This document shows positions 48,613-61,589 of a stretch of 64,000 bases of DNA, piece by piece. Source of the stretch: Octopus vulgaris (taxonomy: Eukaryota); assembly GCA_951406725.2 (NCBI GenBank), contig OX597814.1, positions 127,782,001-127,846,000 of the forward strand, in the 5' to 3' direction. Each line of letters begins with the position of its first letter. Within the stretch, counting starts at the first letter, position 1. The notes under the pieces were generated by a model that saw only the letters and a program-made list of their open reading frames with translations, had not been told where the DNA came from and did not search any database. The position numbers and the translations under genes are program-made.

Positions 48613-51600
48613 TAAAATATATGACGTGATTAACAATGAGCAACAATTCACAAATTTACGTTTTGACACGAATGAATTTTGCAGGTATTGTTATTAATCT
48701 ACTAATCCACCCAAACAAAAGCTGCTTATGGCTACTGGGGCAGTCATCAATCATTTTGAAAGATAAAAAAAAAAACGTTTTAACTTGTTTTATAGTTGAC
48801 TGTCGTGAATACATGATTTCTAGCCAGGCTTTAAATGATATAGATATGGTTAATATTGATCGATTGGATTGGATTGGGCATGTTCAATCCACTACAGAGC
48901 GAGTGTCTCTGCGCATTCCCTCCACCAACCACAGTCTGATGTGTAGACCATGAATTTGAGCTTCAGATCATACTGATTCGACTGGCCAGGCAGAGATATG
49001 CATTTTTTTTTTTAGGTCTATTGCTTCCAGGAGTAAAGTCAGGATTCTTGATAGTCTGTGGTCGACTGAAGTCTGGAAATGATACCCTAAAAAGCCACCG
49101 TTGTCCGTTCGTGCACTCTGATCACTCGAGAATAAAGGGAGATAATAGATATCTGCTAGAGGAGTTCAATTAAGGAAGTACTGGTTTGGGGGAATTTGAT
49201 ATTGTCTGTATTGGGAAGCTCGTCAGACGGTGAACCGAAGCATTATGGTCAATGTATTTCTTTAAAACATGCGAAGTACATGTGATGAATTTATTTATAT
49301 CATGTTCTATTTAAAATTATTTACACACACCTGACAAATGCAACACGTATGTCATATCGTCAGTGTCAATCGATCTCCAGGTATTATATCACACACCTTC
49401 AACGAAACACTCGATCAAGCTTTAGTTTCGTGTTCAATGCAGTATTCTGCGAAGGATACTGGTCATCTCTTTTTATCCCCTTTCCTTTTTTTTTTTTTAA
49501 TGTTCCCAAAAGAAACATGATTACATTCTTTTCCAGAATTCTCTTAACCCAACAGTTGTGACAATAAATTTCAAATTAAACCCAGTGGTTGAAAACGTAA
49601 TTTTCCTTTTACCCAGTAATTTTTTCCCTTGATGTGCAGAAAACTAGTGATTTTTTTTTTTTTTATGAATCAGGTCTGGTCTTTATTACCCACCCCCCAA
49701 TCTTTTCTGCATATGGTATTTATTACCGTACTCTTTGAAAACTGTCTCATTCCTATGTTACATTAAATTTTAAATGCCTCGTTATCAGTAATTATTTTTT
49801 TGAAAAGTTATTTATTTTCCCCATAAATGGGACGATTTTATATCTTGTCAAAACTATTGATAATAGTTGTATAACAAGCTACTTGACAGAAAGTAGTTTA
49901 GAGCAATGAGATTTATTTTCAGTCCATAAACTGTGGCAGTATTTTAGATAATCTGTATTGGTACTAACAAGCAGGGTTGCAAATTTTTCATATTCTGATC
50001 GTTTTCAGATGTGAAAAACAACGGGGGGGCCTTTTGATAATAATGAAAAATTTAAGTTTTACTAATTAGCCAATTAAGTTCTCAGACCAAATCGATTTCT
50101 TATCTGTTTTTGAATACTGCATAATCGTTGACTATTTTTTTTCTTTTTGATGTATATATTTACATATTCTTTCGTAAATAAATTTTGTATAATAGAATTG
50201 TTTCTTTTATGTGACTTCCATTGTACGCATCGCAGTCTGTTCCATCACCACACGAAAATCACAAGGGAGAAAAAAGGTTGAGAAAAACTATAAAAACTCT
50301 GTAACTTGACAATTAAAACATTGAGATATTTTTTAGCCATAGAGCACATCTTATATTCTAAAATCAGATAATAATTCTGGAAATATATTAAATTTAGTTT
50401 TTTTTTCCCTCAAACAAATCAGTACGCGTTTCTGGTGATAACCAGTTCTTAAAGATCTAGGTAAATTGATAATTTTTAATACAATGGAAAAGACATTAGA
50501 ACTAATTCTATTAACGACCATATTTTAATTGCTCAGGTTCTGACAAAATTTATTTTGATAAAGCTTTTTGCTCAAGTCGAATGAAAAAAAAATCGTTGAG
50601 TCTGCTTGCTTTCCCACAGTTTTTCTTTAAGAACTTAAAGCTTGAATTTTCGAAACTATCTAAAATTATTATTCACATGCAAAACAGTCTGGAAATTAAT
50701 TTTAATCTTTCTCCTTCAGACAAAAAGGTGTCCCTACAAGAGATTTAAAACAAAAAAGATAAAAAAACTATCGACCTATTAACTTACTATGTAATGCTAA
50801 TTAAATAAAATCGATAATTAAAGACTGATTGATAGACTATTTCTCCTCATTTTGGTTTAATGCAGAGATATACACTACTAAAACCAGAGATTGTCCTTTT
50901 TTGTCTTAAAGAGACATACAGTTCAGATTTTTATATATAAAAAAAGGATCCACGCCTCCTTGTGAAATTTTAGTTTGTTTCAATGAATGGGCGAAATATT
51001 TAAATAATAAAGTTTAAGTAATACATAATATTACATCCGTCTCATGTGACAGGTGTAATGGTAAATATTTACTGGAAAAGGGCACGGAATTGGCAGGCAG
51101 AAATGTAAACGATTAAATTTTTTTTAACAAAATATTCTTTCACAGAACCCCCCCCCCAGTTCCTTGCCCGAAAGTCTGTCGATCATTACACCCGTCATAC
51201 GGATGTAACAGTTAAGATTTACCGACATTCCTGAAGTACTGTTTAAGTGTTTTGAGTGATTAAAAACCAGTTTGTAAAAGGTGTGGCTGCTAGGTGAATT
51301 ACCTGAATTGGTTCCAATTTTATTTAAATAATAATTCTCAATTTGTCGAAGTAACAATTCCTTCAGAAACTTTATTTAATTATTTCCGGGTTGCCGCAAA
51401 GTGGTTCTATTTCAATTATTTCTATAAACTGCCCTTCACAAATTATTTCAAATTTTGAAAATGTTACATAGTTATGATACTAAATTGTTTTACTCAGTCT
51501 AGCCTTAAAATAAATCTTGAAATGTCACATTTCACTTCATCCCTTTATTTTCCTTCTCTTCAAGTATTCTTTTTGTTCGCATTTCTCACCCCTCTCTCGT

Positions 51601-52203
51601 TATATAATTGTTTTTAAACTTATCTCTCATGTTTCTTGTCACCGTCCACCCAGCATTCAACCGCTTATTTTCGTATTATTATTGACATACATACAATATT
51701 ATTCAATAGTATTCCGTTAAGGTCGATTTGTCTTTAATCCTTTCGCATTCGATGAAATAAGTATCAGTTGGACACTGCGGGCGATGTAACCAACTTGTCT
51801 TCTCCCCCGAAATTCCTGGCCTTGTGCTAAAATTTGAAACATCATTCATTAGTTTTATTTATTTATTTATTTATTCGAATATCAGGGTTATGTAAACTGT
51901 TAGAATATAATTATTTTATACATTTTTTTAAACGTTTCAGCCATGCGACTGCGGCCATGCTAGGGGATCATATTTTTAATATTCATTAAATATTTTATTT
52001 GTTTTTATAATTGTCACTGACGGTTTATATTGATACCAGCTTTCAAGCAATAATTTGAGAGGGAGTGGTGCCCAGGAGAGAGCTGAGAGTATGATACAGA
52101 GATGGCGTTGGAGATATAGCGGGGGGGGGGGGGCTTACCTGCAGTGAACAGTGATGGGTGAATGGGGTGCGAGGAGGATAATTAGTACAGAGGGGATACG
52201 GGA

Positions 52204-52410
52204 TACTCTCTTTTACTTGTTCTAGTCATTTGACTGTGGCCATGCTGGAGCACCGCCTTTAGTCGAGCAAATCGATCCCAGGACTTATTCTCTGTACGCC
52301 TAGTACCTATTCTATCGGTCTCTTTTGCCGAACCGCTAAGTTACGGGGGACGTAAACACACCGGCATCGGTTGTCAAGCAATGTTGGGGGTACAAACATA
52401 CACACGCACG

Positions 52411-52462
<52 letters not shown>

Positions 52463-52610
52463 TACATATATACGACGGGCTTCTTTCAGTTTCCGTCTAC
52501 CAAATCCACTCAAGGCTTTGGTCGGCCCGAGGCTATAGTAGAAGACACTTGCCCAAGATGCCACGCAACCATGTGGTTGGTAAGCAAGCTACTTACCACA
52601 CAGCCACTCC
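52204..52610 (-). mobile_element. tRNA-headed CORE-like SINE with internal (TG)n and LINE-like tail; relics also near 10800-10945, 16437-16590, 27900-28060, 45940-46430, 47870-48070
   Basis: Minus: gtggctgtgtggtaag head, cttgggcaagtgtc core, tail ggcggtgctccagcatggccacag...agtaaaagag. Confidence 0.8.
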
Positions 52611-53317
52611 TACAGACAGAGGTGTTCCATAACAGTGCCAGGGGAGTTGCTTAGAGTTGGGGAAGACATGAGTGTAGCAAGTGATGGTGAGAGAATTTGG
52701 GGTGGTTGGGAAGTGGGGTATGGCGTGAGGGCATGGGGAGTGTACAGATAGGTATGCAAGGAAGAGTGGAGGCGCCTGCAGCAGGCGAGGTGCATGGGGA
52801 AGAGTGGAGTAGGGGAATGGTTTGCAACTGGTGGTAGGGGAGTGGCCCACAGCAGGTGGTGGGAGTGTTGGGAAGATGGGTTGCGGAGAAGTTTTGACAG
52901 AGGACAGATTTTGAGTGTGTGGTGGTGGTGGTGGTGGGGGGGGGGCATGGCCGTAAAGGACATACCTGTATGTATGGATGGAATGCTTGTGATTTTATTT
53001 AGCTTGAAGTGTCTTTTCAAGCACAGCAAATCGGCAGAAGTTATGATCCCTTGCAAATGTTTAATCACTGTCTTGAGAAGTTAAGGTTTTTGGGCAACAC
53101 AAGTAACCACCTAATCTGTAAACGGAACAGTAAAATAAAGCAAAACTTTTCAAATTCCAGCAATGGAGTATAGTTTCCTTTCCTTGCTTGAAATCAATAC
53201 TTTCCTTATAAGAAGAATTCTAATAATTAATAAAGAAAGAATGCATGCATACGCATAAAAAAATATATATATGCATGCAGTTAAACGTACATACACACAT
53301 AAGCATATGTGTGTGCG

Positions 53318-53348
<31 letters not shown>

Positions 53349-53352
<4 letters not shown>

Positions 53353-53529
53353 TTTTATAATTATGAGTATAATTATAATTAGGGTTCAGCAAAAATTTGC
53401 TTCACCAGTCTGGGAGACTTTCTTATGGTAGAGAAATAGTTTTTTTAACTATTTCTAAATTTCAGTATGTGGTGAAGCAAATTTTTGCTGAAACCTAATT
53501 ATAATTATACTCATAATTATAAAAATTTT
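53349..53529. repeat. ~60-bp inverted repeat between (TA)n tracts with degenerate hammerhead core
   Basis: Arms 53349-53407 and 53470-53529; (C/G)TGGTGA-AGCAAA-tt-TTTGCT-GAA(A/C)C. Confidence 0.7.
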
Positions 53530-54072
53530 TGTTTAAGTTTACCGATAATGGTTCTTTTAACATTCCGAGCTACTTGGTAAAATTATTATTTAATTAATTA
53601 ATTTTACCCTTTATTATATATATAAATATATATATACATACATACACACACACATGCACTTAGTTACACATGTAGATGCTCATCATAATATACATACATA
53701 GCTACTTACACATGCACTATATGTATAGAGACAAATACACACTTGAAAGCAATCACATAGAAGAGAGAGGAGCTTATGTAAATCTTTTGAACACATTTTT
53801 TTGAATGTATTATACAGTAAAAATTTTATTTTCTATTGATAATAGCACTGTTGTTTCTGTATATGTTTGCATCGTCAAATAAATAAAACTATGTGTTATA
53901 GAACATCTAATTTAAGATGTTTTATATTTTACAATAAATTTGACTCTACTCTCAGTATTGAGTCACCCTATCAGTAAATATTCCATTGTTTTTCTTTTCT
54001 TAAACTTTCTCTAAAATAACAAAGTATATGAAATACATTCCAGCAAAAATTCTTGATTTATCATAATTACTA

Positions 54073-55290
54073 TCAGGCTCAGTAAAAAGTAAGCAACATT
54101 TTGAAGCATGAAATTCACCACAATATATTTCAACAATGCAGAAATTTTATTCATCAAAGTATCATTACAATTAACATGTTTTTGTCGAGTTACAAGTTTG
54201 TTTATTCTGGTAACATAAAAATCTGAAGTTTTGGAGCTGATGAACTCTTTGAATGCACTTTCAGCATTGGTCTGATTTTTCAACTCTTCTAACTGGAAAC
54301 CATCAAGGTGCTTGAAAAAGTGGTGGGGAATAAGCTTGATGGAGAAGAACTTCATAGCCAAGTTCCCTCAACTTCTGGAGTGTCATTAGTGAAATGTGTG
54401 GTCGAGCATTGTCATGAAGAATGATTGGCCCTCTTCTGTTGACCAGTCTGTGATGGAGGAGTAGCTGTTTTTCATTCATTTTGGCAATTTCATGGCAATA
54501 TGTTTCTGCAGTAATGGTTTTTCCAGGTTTTAAGAAGTTATAGTGGATGAGTCCAGCAGTACATCGCCAAACAGTCACCATAACCTTCTTTTTGAAGAGC
54601 TCGGGTTTAGAGAAGGTTTTCAGTGCTTCATTTTGGTCCAACCACTGCAAAGAACATTTTTTATTATTGTACAGAATCCACTTTTCATTGCAAGTTACAA
54701 TACGGTTGAGATATAGATTGGTCTGGTGATGGAGAAGAAGCAACGAGCAAATTTCATATCTGTACATTTTCTGATTTTCATTCAAACCGTGTGGTACTCA
54801 TTTGTTAAGCTTTTTTGATTTTCCGATCGCATGCAAATGGTTGCAGGCAGTTTTCTGGCTAACTTGAAGTTCTTTTGCTAGCTTTTGAGTGATTTTATGT
54901 GGATCTTTCTCACTGACAGTCTTTAATTGACCATCGTCGATGACAGATGAGTCTCCACTATGCTCATGAGCTTCAAGGCTTAGGTCTCCACTGTGAAATC
55001 GTTTAAACCATTTTTAAGCTGACTACTCACTAGTCATTTCCTCACCAAACATTTCATTGATGTCACAACCAGTTTCAGCTGTTTTACACCCTTTTTTGAA
55101 GTTGAATAGCAAAATTGCCCAAATATCGCTCTCTGACAGTCCATTTCAGATTATTGTAACAACGATGAAAAAAATCGATGTCTGTATTAGACAATTGCAA
55201 AAAGATCTTTAAAAAAAATTCAAAACTCTGTAAAAATCCGGTACAAATTCTTTGTGGTTCAAAATGCTGCTTACTTTTTACTCAACCTGA
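54073..55290 (-). mobile_element. Full-length degenerate mariner element with TIRs and TA TSD
   Basis: ta|tcaggctcagtaaaaagtaagcaacattttgaa ... ttcaaaatgctgcttactttttactcaacctga|ta; IVTCNEKW, HDNARPH, YSP motifs; frameshifts. Confidence 0.9.
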
Positions 55291-55839
55291 TAGATAACGC
55301 CTAACTCTTTAGCATTCAGATTGCTCTGTCTTTCAGTGATGTAATTGTTTATCTTTAGAATGACATTGTAATGTAGGTGTGAGACTCGATCTGTTTGGCT
55401 TGAACATAAGATAAAATATTTTGGTCAGATATAGTTTAAATGTTAAAGGGTTAAATCCAACTCCGCTTATGGAGGGGAGGTAATCTCAGAATTCAAAAAT
55501 TGATGTCCTGAAGAAAATGGAAAGGTTTCTGTTTGGAGATAAGCTTAACAGCTGTCATCAGCTTGACAATTGTTTGACTTATACAAAACTGAGTAGAACA
55601 CATTTATGGTGTATGTAATTAGCATAATTTAAACAAAATGAACTGAGAGAAATGATCAGTGTCCTTGTATCACCAGAGAGTAAACCTCTCCTTTTCTTTA
55701 ATGGCATGTCAACTTTGGAGAATCCTTGAATCTTTTGATTATCTCCCCTTCTCTTATGGCCTCTTGGTAATTATGACATATCATCTAGAGCAATGGTTCT
55801 CAATTTCTTGAAATACTAAAGAGTAAATTTATCCAATAA

Positions 55840-56790
55840 AATTGCCATTGGCTTCAGCCACTGCCTGGAATCTCCTGCAACTCTTCTGGATGATTTCCTT
55901 GTTTAAGTTGGTGAATGCTCCGATAATTCTTGCCTTCAGTTCATTTTTGGTGTTGCAAGGAGTTTTGTTGGTCTCTCGTTCAACTGCACCCTACACATAA
56001 TTATTAAGGTGGTTGCAGTCTGAGGAGTTAGGATGTTAGGGGTGATGTGGTTGCAGAAATTGTCTGACTGCCATGACTGAGTTCTTCTGCTTGTGTGGCA
56101 TGGTGCAGAGTCCTGTTGCCAGACAAAGGGTCTTCCAGCAGCCACCCTCTTGACCCAGGGCAGCACTACCTACTCCAGGCACTTCATGTAGTCCTCTATG
56201 TTGAGTCTGGGGCTGTGTGAGAAGATGAATGGAGGCATAAAGTCACCATCACTAGTGATCACTCCAAACACCATGATGTTGACTGAATTTTTGATTTTTA
56301 TCACTCTCGATACATGTTTTGTGGACACAAGAAGCCAACAGTTGTTCTGTGTTCACCATTTGATCCTGGCAGAAATTTTTCTCATCTGAGAAAAACCAAA
56401 GCATGTTCAGTTGGAGGGGATGCTTGAGTTTGTTCAAACACTTTGTAGCATGGTCTTTAATCTTGTTCTTGATGACTTGGGATAAAAATTGGCCCTTTCC
56501 CATTTTGGATGAAGAATACTGAATGTCTTCATGCACTACCTGCCTGATTAGAAACTCAGACACTCCTATGTCCCTGGTGATGGGCCTGATTGACTTGGAG
56601 GGATCATTGTCAATCATGGCCCTGATCTTGCCAACAAATTCAGGTGTTCTTTTCTTATCAGAATGACCAGAGTGAGTTTTCCAAGCTGCTGTACCTTTGT
56701 AATCACTATTAGACTCGTCCAACTCTTTCTGAATCCTCTGCACTGTCCTCAGATTGATATGCAAGCACTCTGAAATGTTGGAGCTTCTGG
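55840..56790 (-). mobile_element. Degenerate Tc1/mariner-superfamily transposase (possibly DD37D/maT-like)
   Basis: WFFSDEKNF, FVWQQDSAPCHTSR, N-terminal HTH-like LRTVQRI; frameshifted. Confidence 0.75.
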
Positions 56791-56794
56791 CATG

Positions 56795-56965
56795 CTGGGC
56801 AAAATGCTTAGCAGCATTTCTTCCAACTTAACAGTCTGAGTTGGGTTAACTTTGCCTTTCATCTTTTGGGGGTTGATAAAATAAGTATCAGTTGAACACT
56901 GGGGTCAGTGTTATCAACTTAGCCCCTTTTCCAAAATTGCTGGCCTTGTGCCAAAATTTGAAACA
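56795..56965 (+). mobile_element. Deu/Nin-like SINE relic
   Basis: ctttgcctttcatcttttgggggttgataaaataagtatcag core; tail ggccttgtgccaaaatttgaaac. Confidence 0.7.
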
Positions 56966-56999
56966 AGTATTTACTTTAATAATTTTCTTTCTGTTTCAG

Positions 57000-57038
57000 C
57001 ATTATAGATAAACCAGGAGAGGAGAATATGGAAACTAA
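57000..57038 (+). CDS. Putative 39-nt host-gene exon (IIDKPGEENMET)
   Basis: Acceptor ttttctttctgtttcag, donor gtaagt, open frame joining the next exon in phase 2. Confidence 0.5.
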
Positions 57039-57129
57039 GTAAGTTTATTTTTTTCTTTTGTATTTCCAATCAAAGTGTTTTGTGATATTCTTTTGCTATT
57101 ATGTTTTTTCATTCTCATCTGTAATGTTA

Positions 57130-57700
57130 TATATAAGGTCTTAAAAGGTCTGGCTCCAATTAATTAATTAACCAAAGGAGAAGGGACAGTGTTGATGTCA
57201 TTCACAGGACCTCTCAGATGGATGAGATCAATGGAGTTGATGTTTAGCTTGACCTTCTTTAAGTCAAACATCTGTTGGAAAAATGTGGAGGAAGAATTCC
57301 TAATAGTTGTGGCTCGAGGGAGTAATGATCAGGTAAACAGCTGGAGGGTGAAATAAAATAGGGATAACACAAAGATGAGTCCTTTTGGTAGGTACAAGTA
57401 GATAGGGTATGCAATTAGCTTGTTCAGAGAAGCATATGTTGTTCTAGCTAAGGTAGAAGTTGTTGACAAAAGAAACAATACATCTGGGTGAGATGTGAAT
57501 ATTTGTCAGTCAGTTCTTTTGGATATAGTTCTCTGTGTATCAGAAGCACCGTCCCAGATTTATGAGCAATATTCCAATATAGATGACATTTAATTATTGT
57601 AAAAAGTCTGCAACTTATAAAGGATGAAGTATTTTCTGATCCTGAAGAAGAATCCTTGTGTTTAGAATGTATTGGGTCATCTCATAAATAATGCTGTTTT
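57130..57700 (-). mobile_element. Old LINE 3' relic (CR1/L2/Jockey group)
   Basis: Minus strand ILEYCS*IWDGAS at ~57545-57580. Confidence 0.55.
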
Positions 57701-58069
57701 TTCAATTGCATAAACTAAAAGTCAGAGGGGAAAGGGATAAACTACCTGCATCAGCTGGCTATAAAAGCAGGTAGTAATTTTACCAGATTTTTGGGATTTG
57801 GCAGTGTTGGTATGAGTAGTTGCAGGTGATGTTGAGAACAATAATTTCTTCAGACATTAGGATTTTGGGTGTGTGTTTCTGATTTTGTTTAGCGTTTAAG
57901 TTTTTAGATTTCCCTATTGTGTTTTGGGTGTCTCTTGGAAGGTAGAGGTCAAAATCAGTCTAGATGGAAAATGGGTAATTTTTTATTTGTGTTTGGCTCT
58001 ATTGTGTGGTGAGAGATTGTTCAAAAATACCTGATAAGAGTTGTTGCTCAGTGTTGCAGCTTGGGTATA

Positions 58070-58205
58070 TTGTTGTGACATAGTGTTGTGTGACTGTTGT
58101 TGTTGTGACATAGTGTTGTGTGGCTGTTATTGTTGTTGTGACATAGTGTTGTGACTGTTATTGTTGTTGTGACATAGTGTTGTGTGGCCGGTATTGTTGT
58201 TGTTC
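58070..58205. repeat. ~30-bp minisatellite, 4 copies
   Basis: tgttgtgacatagtgttgtg units. Confidence 0.9.
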
Positions 58206-58955
58206 TTGATGCTAATTACTCCAAAATGTTTTAGTATTTGTTTTGAGGTATATAGTGGCTACTAACACTTGTCACTTTTCTGTTTCTATGTGGTTTACTA
58301 TTTTCTTTTGTCATTTCCTTGTTTAGTTATTTGATGCCTTTTTTTTTAAATTTCTGTTGTGAGGAAAATGGACAGACACATTTAGAAAGAAGATGCTGAT
58401 CACCTGCTTAAGTATCTCAGGTGGATCAGAGATGACACATATTTGCTGAAAGGAGTAGTTAGCATAGAAGTAGTAGATCCTTGATTTAACCTACTAGTTG
58501 ACTGGGACTACCTGGGAGTACAGTGGTTGGGGGGTGGGTGGTGGCATTATGTTGTAGGATGGTGTGCTGTGGAAGCATTGGATAGGCAATAATGAGAGAA
58601 GCTGATGGAAATAGAGATGATGATAACTAAGTTAAAGGGTCAGGATATTTACAGAATTGGTATGTCAGGCAAGGATATAAGCAGGTGGTAAGGAGAATAA
58701 CTGGCACTGACAATTAAGTCGCAAATGATTTGATCTCTGCACTAGCGGTGTTAAGTGTAGGAGGAGTTAGAGAGCCTACACTGTGTATATTGAAGTTATC
58801 AAAGATTATGATTTTAGAGAAATGAGTCAATTAGTAAACCACTTTGTAGTCATTTAAACTTGCTAGAAATTTCCTTGCAGCCAAATTTTCCTTAAATCAC
58901 ATCTTACTGTCTTAGAAAAGGACATGTTGCATGTTGTGATACTGGATTCTTATCA

Positions 58956-59230
58956 CATCATCATCATCTTTCCATGCTACCATGGGTTGGACGATTTTGA
59001 CTGAGGGCTGGCGAACCAGGTGGCTGCACCAGACTCCAATCTTGATCTGGCAGAGTTTCTACAGCTTGATGCCCTTCCTAACGCCAACCACTCTGAGAGT
59101 GTAGTGGGTGCTTTTTACGTGCCACCGGCACAGGGGCCAGTCAGGCGGTACTGGCAATGACCTTGCTCGTAAGGCGATGCTGGTAACGATCACACTCGAA
59201 TGGTGCCCTTTTACGTGCCACTGGCATGGA
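58956..59230 (-). mobile_element. RTE-type 3' module
   Basis: Reverse complement of the module at 25215-25553. Confidence 0.8.
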
Positions 59231-59721
59231 AACAATAGGTTAAAAAGGAAAAAAAGGTAGTTGGAATATCATTTGTTATAGGTCTGCTTGATCAAGGCCA
59301 TCTTTAGGCTAACAACTTGAGAGAAAGAGGTGAGGCAAGGTAGATGTTTTCAGTGAGAGATGGAGGAAGACAAGGAATGGTGAAAAGAGACTTTGAGTTA
59401 GAGTAACTAGAAGTTACTTTGTATAGGTGGGACATGGGTGGCAGAAGTAGATTTAATGTCATAATAGTCACTGCATTTAGAAATGAAGTTGAACTGTAAA
59501 GTATAGTTGAGACAGGAGATATGAGACGTGAGAGAAATAATAGATGTGAATTCTATGTAATTAGGAGGAGTATGGTTAAAGTGCATGGTTGTTGAGGTTT
59601 TCTTTTACGTGTTTAGACATCGTTGTAGAAAAAGTTAAATGTTGAGTGCAAGAGGTTTATGAGTTGCAGTTCACATAGTCCTTGTGGCTACATGTTCACT
59701 CATTCCTAAACACTCAGTAAA

Positions 59722-60154
59722 GTACAAGGGGAAGTCAAAAATTACCTACACTTTCACCATAACATATCTTTATTATTGTCACACTACCTTCTGCGCATGA
59801 GTGCTTAAAGTTGTTACTATTGTGGTTACATGTTTGAAGCTTGAGCCTGATCTCACCATTTTTCTTTCTGGTTTTATAGTGTAAGCATGGCCACTCCACT
59901 AGCAATGTTTACCAAAGAAGAACAAAGAGCAGCGATCTGATTTCTCTGGTTGGAAGGTGTGTCAGGTGCTGAAATTCATCAGAGGCTTTTAGCACAGTAT
60001 GGGGAAAGTGCACTACCACCTAGAAGTGTGTATGAGTGGATTGAGAAGTTTAAAAGTGGCCAGACAAGCGTGATGCACAAAGAGGGAGCAGGACGCCTGT
60101 CAACCTCCACCACTGACAAGAAGATTCAGCAAACTCAAGAGATGGTAATGGTGA
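59722..60154 (+). mobile_element. Mariner 5' fragment (left TIR + N-terminal HTH)
   Basis: tacaaggggaagtcaaaaatt TIR-like start; AEIHQRLLAQYGESAL..SVYEWIEKFKSG. Confidence 0.75.
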
Positions 60155-60843
60155 GCCGGTTCACCATTACCATCTCTCAGGTCACTGCTCTTTATTCTTC
60201 ATTGGTGCACATTGCTAGTGGAGTGGCCATGCTTACACTGTAAAGCCAGAAAGAAAAATGGCACGATCAGGCTCAAACTTCAATCACATGATCACAATAG
60301 TACCAACTGTAAGCATGCATATGCAGAAGGTAGTGTGACAATAATAGAGATATGTAATGACGGAAGTGCGGATAATTTTCGACTTCCCCTCATACATATA
60401 CACAACAAGATAACTGTAGCATTAATAATCTTAGCCCCCAAATGCTCTGATAGAAATCATATCATCAGCTAAAGAGTTAAATAGAAATTCTTGTATTCTA
60501 ACTCTACTTTTACCAGAACTAAGTGACATATAGGAAGTGACTGGACAGTAAAAAAAATGCAGTATGCTCCAGTTGCTATATACCGTTTCCCATCTGATAG
60601 ACCATTGAGTGTTAGAATGAAATAATGCTATATTGTGTTTAAATGTTTTCTGTAATGTAGCTATTAGATACACAAAAGCTAAGCAGGCTATTAACCAATT
60701 ACGTATTTCATAATTGATCATTGTTTTAGGAATTAGATTTAGATGAGTCGTTAAAAAATTTGGAGATTAGGATTAAAATCTAGATCACATTGCATTTTTT
60801 TGTCAACTTCTCCTATAGAATTATTTTGCTGAAAAATTAACCT

Positions 60844-60896
<53 letters not shown>

Positions 60897-61155
60897 TATA
60901 TATCTTCAGTTCTACTCATCCTTGTACATTTAAAAAAAGAAAAGAAATCAGTATAAAACACCCTAATGTTGAAAATATTGAATTTATTGCCTTTGGGTGG
61001 ACAAATTAAATCTATTATAGACATTTGTCATCCATTGACTAGATGGTTTAAATGCCCTATTATCAACTTAAATATATTACTTAATTTGCCTTAGTATACT
61101 TTGCTGAAAAGTAATTATCAGTTACCATTCTGGGTTGTTATTAGAAAGAACTGTA

Positions 61156-61350
61156 AGGCAATGAGCTCACAGAATTGAAACCATTCTGGACTAAATGCTT
61201 AGTGGCATTTCTGCCAGCTTTACATTCTGAGTTCAAATGTCACCAAGGTTGACTGCCTTTCATTTTTTGAGGGTCAGGGCAGTTGAACACTGGGGTTATG
61301 TAACTAACTAGTAGCCCTTTCCCCAACAAATTTCAGGCCTTGTTGCTAAG
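61156..61350 (+). mobile_element. Deu/Nin-like SINE relic
   Basis: aaggcaatgagctc head, ttctgagttcaaat, tail aaatttcaggccttg. Confidence 0.65.
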
Positions 61351-61457
61351 GTTATTAGAAAACTGTAACACGATACACCAACCTTCCATTTGTCTTAATT
61401 TGTTGATTTATCTAATGTAAATTGTAAAATGTCAAACATTTGTTCTCTTTGTTATAG

Positions 61458-61589
61458 GTGTCCAAGCCAAGAAGAAGGCCAGCAAATTGACACGAAGACT
61501 AAAGTAGCAGTAATCAGAGAGAATATGAAAAAAATGATATTAAATGGCTTCAGCATGGCAAACTTACATCACATTACTTTACAAATCTT
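61458..61589 (+). CDS. Putative 132-nt host-gene exon (CPSQEEGQQIDTKTKVAVIRENMKKMILNGFSMANLHHITLQI)
   Basis: Acceptor tgttctctttgttatag, donor gtatgt (alternative gtaagt at 61601); only the phase-2 frame is open. Confidence 0.5.

Noticed and set aside
54303-54785. Domesticated SETMAR-like transposase gene
   Set aside because: Flanked by TIRs and TA, first catalytic Asp reads Asn (TCNEKW), frameshifted, no SET exons.
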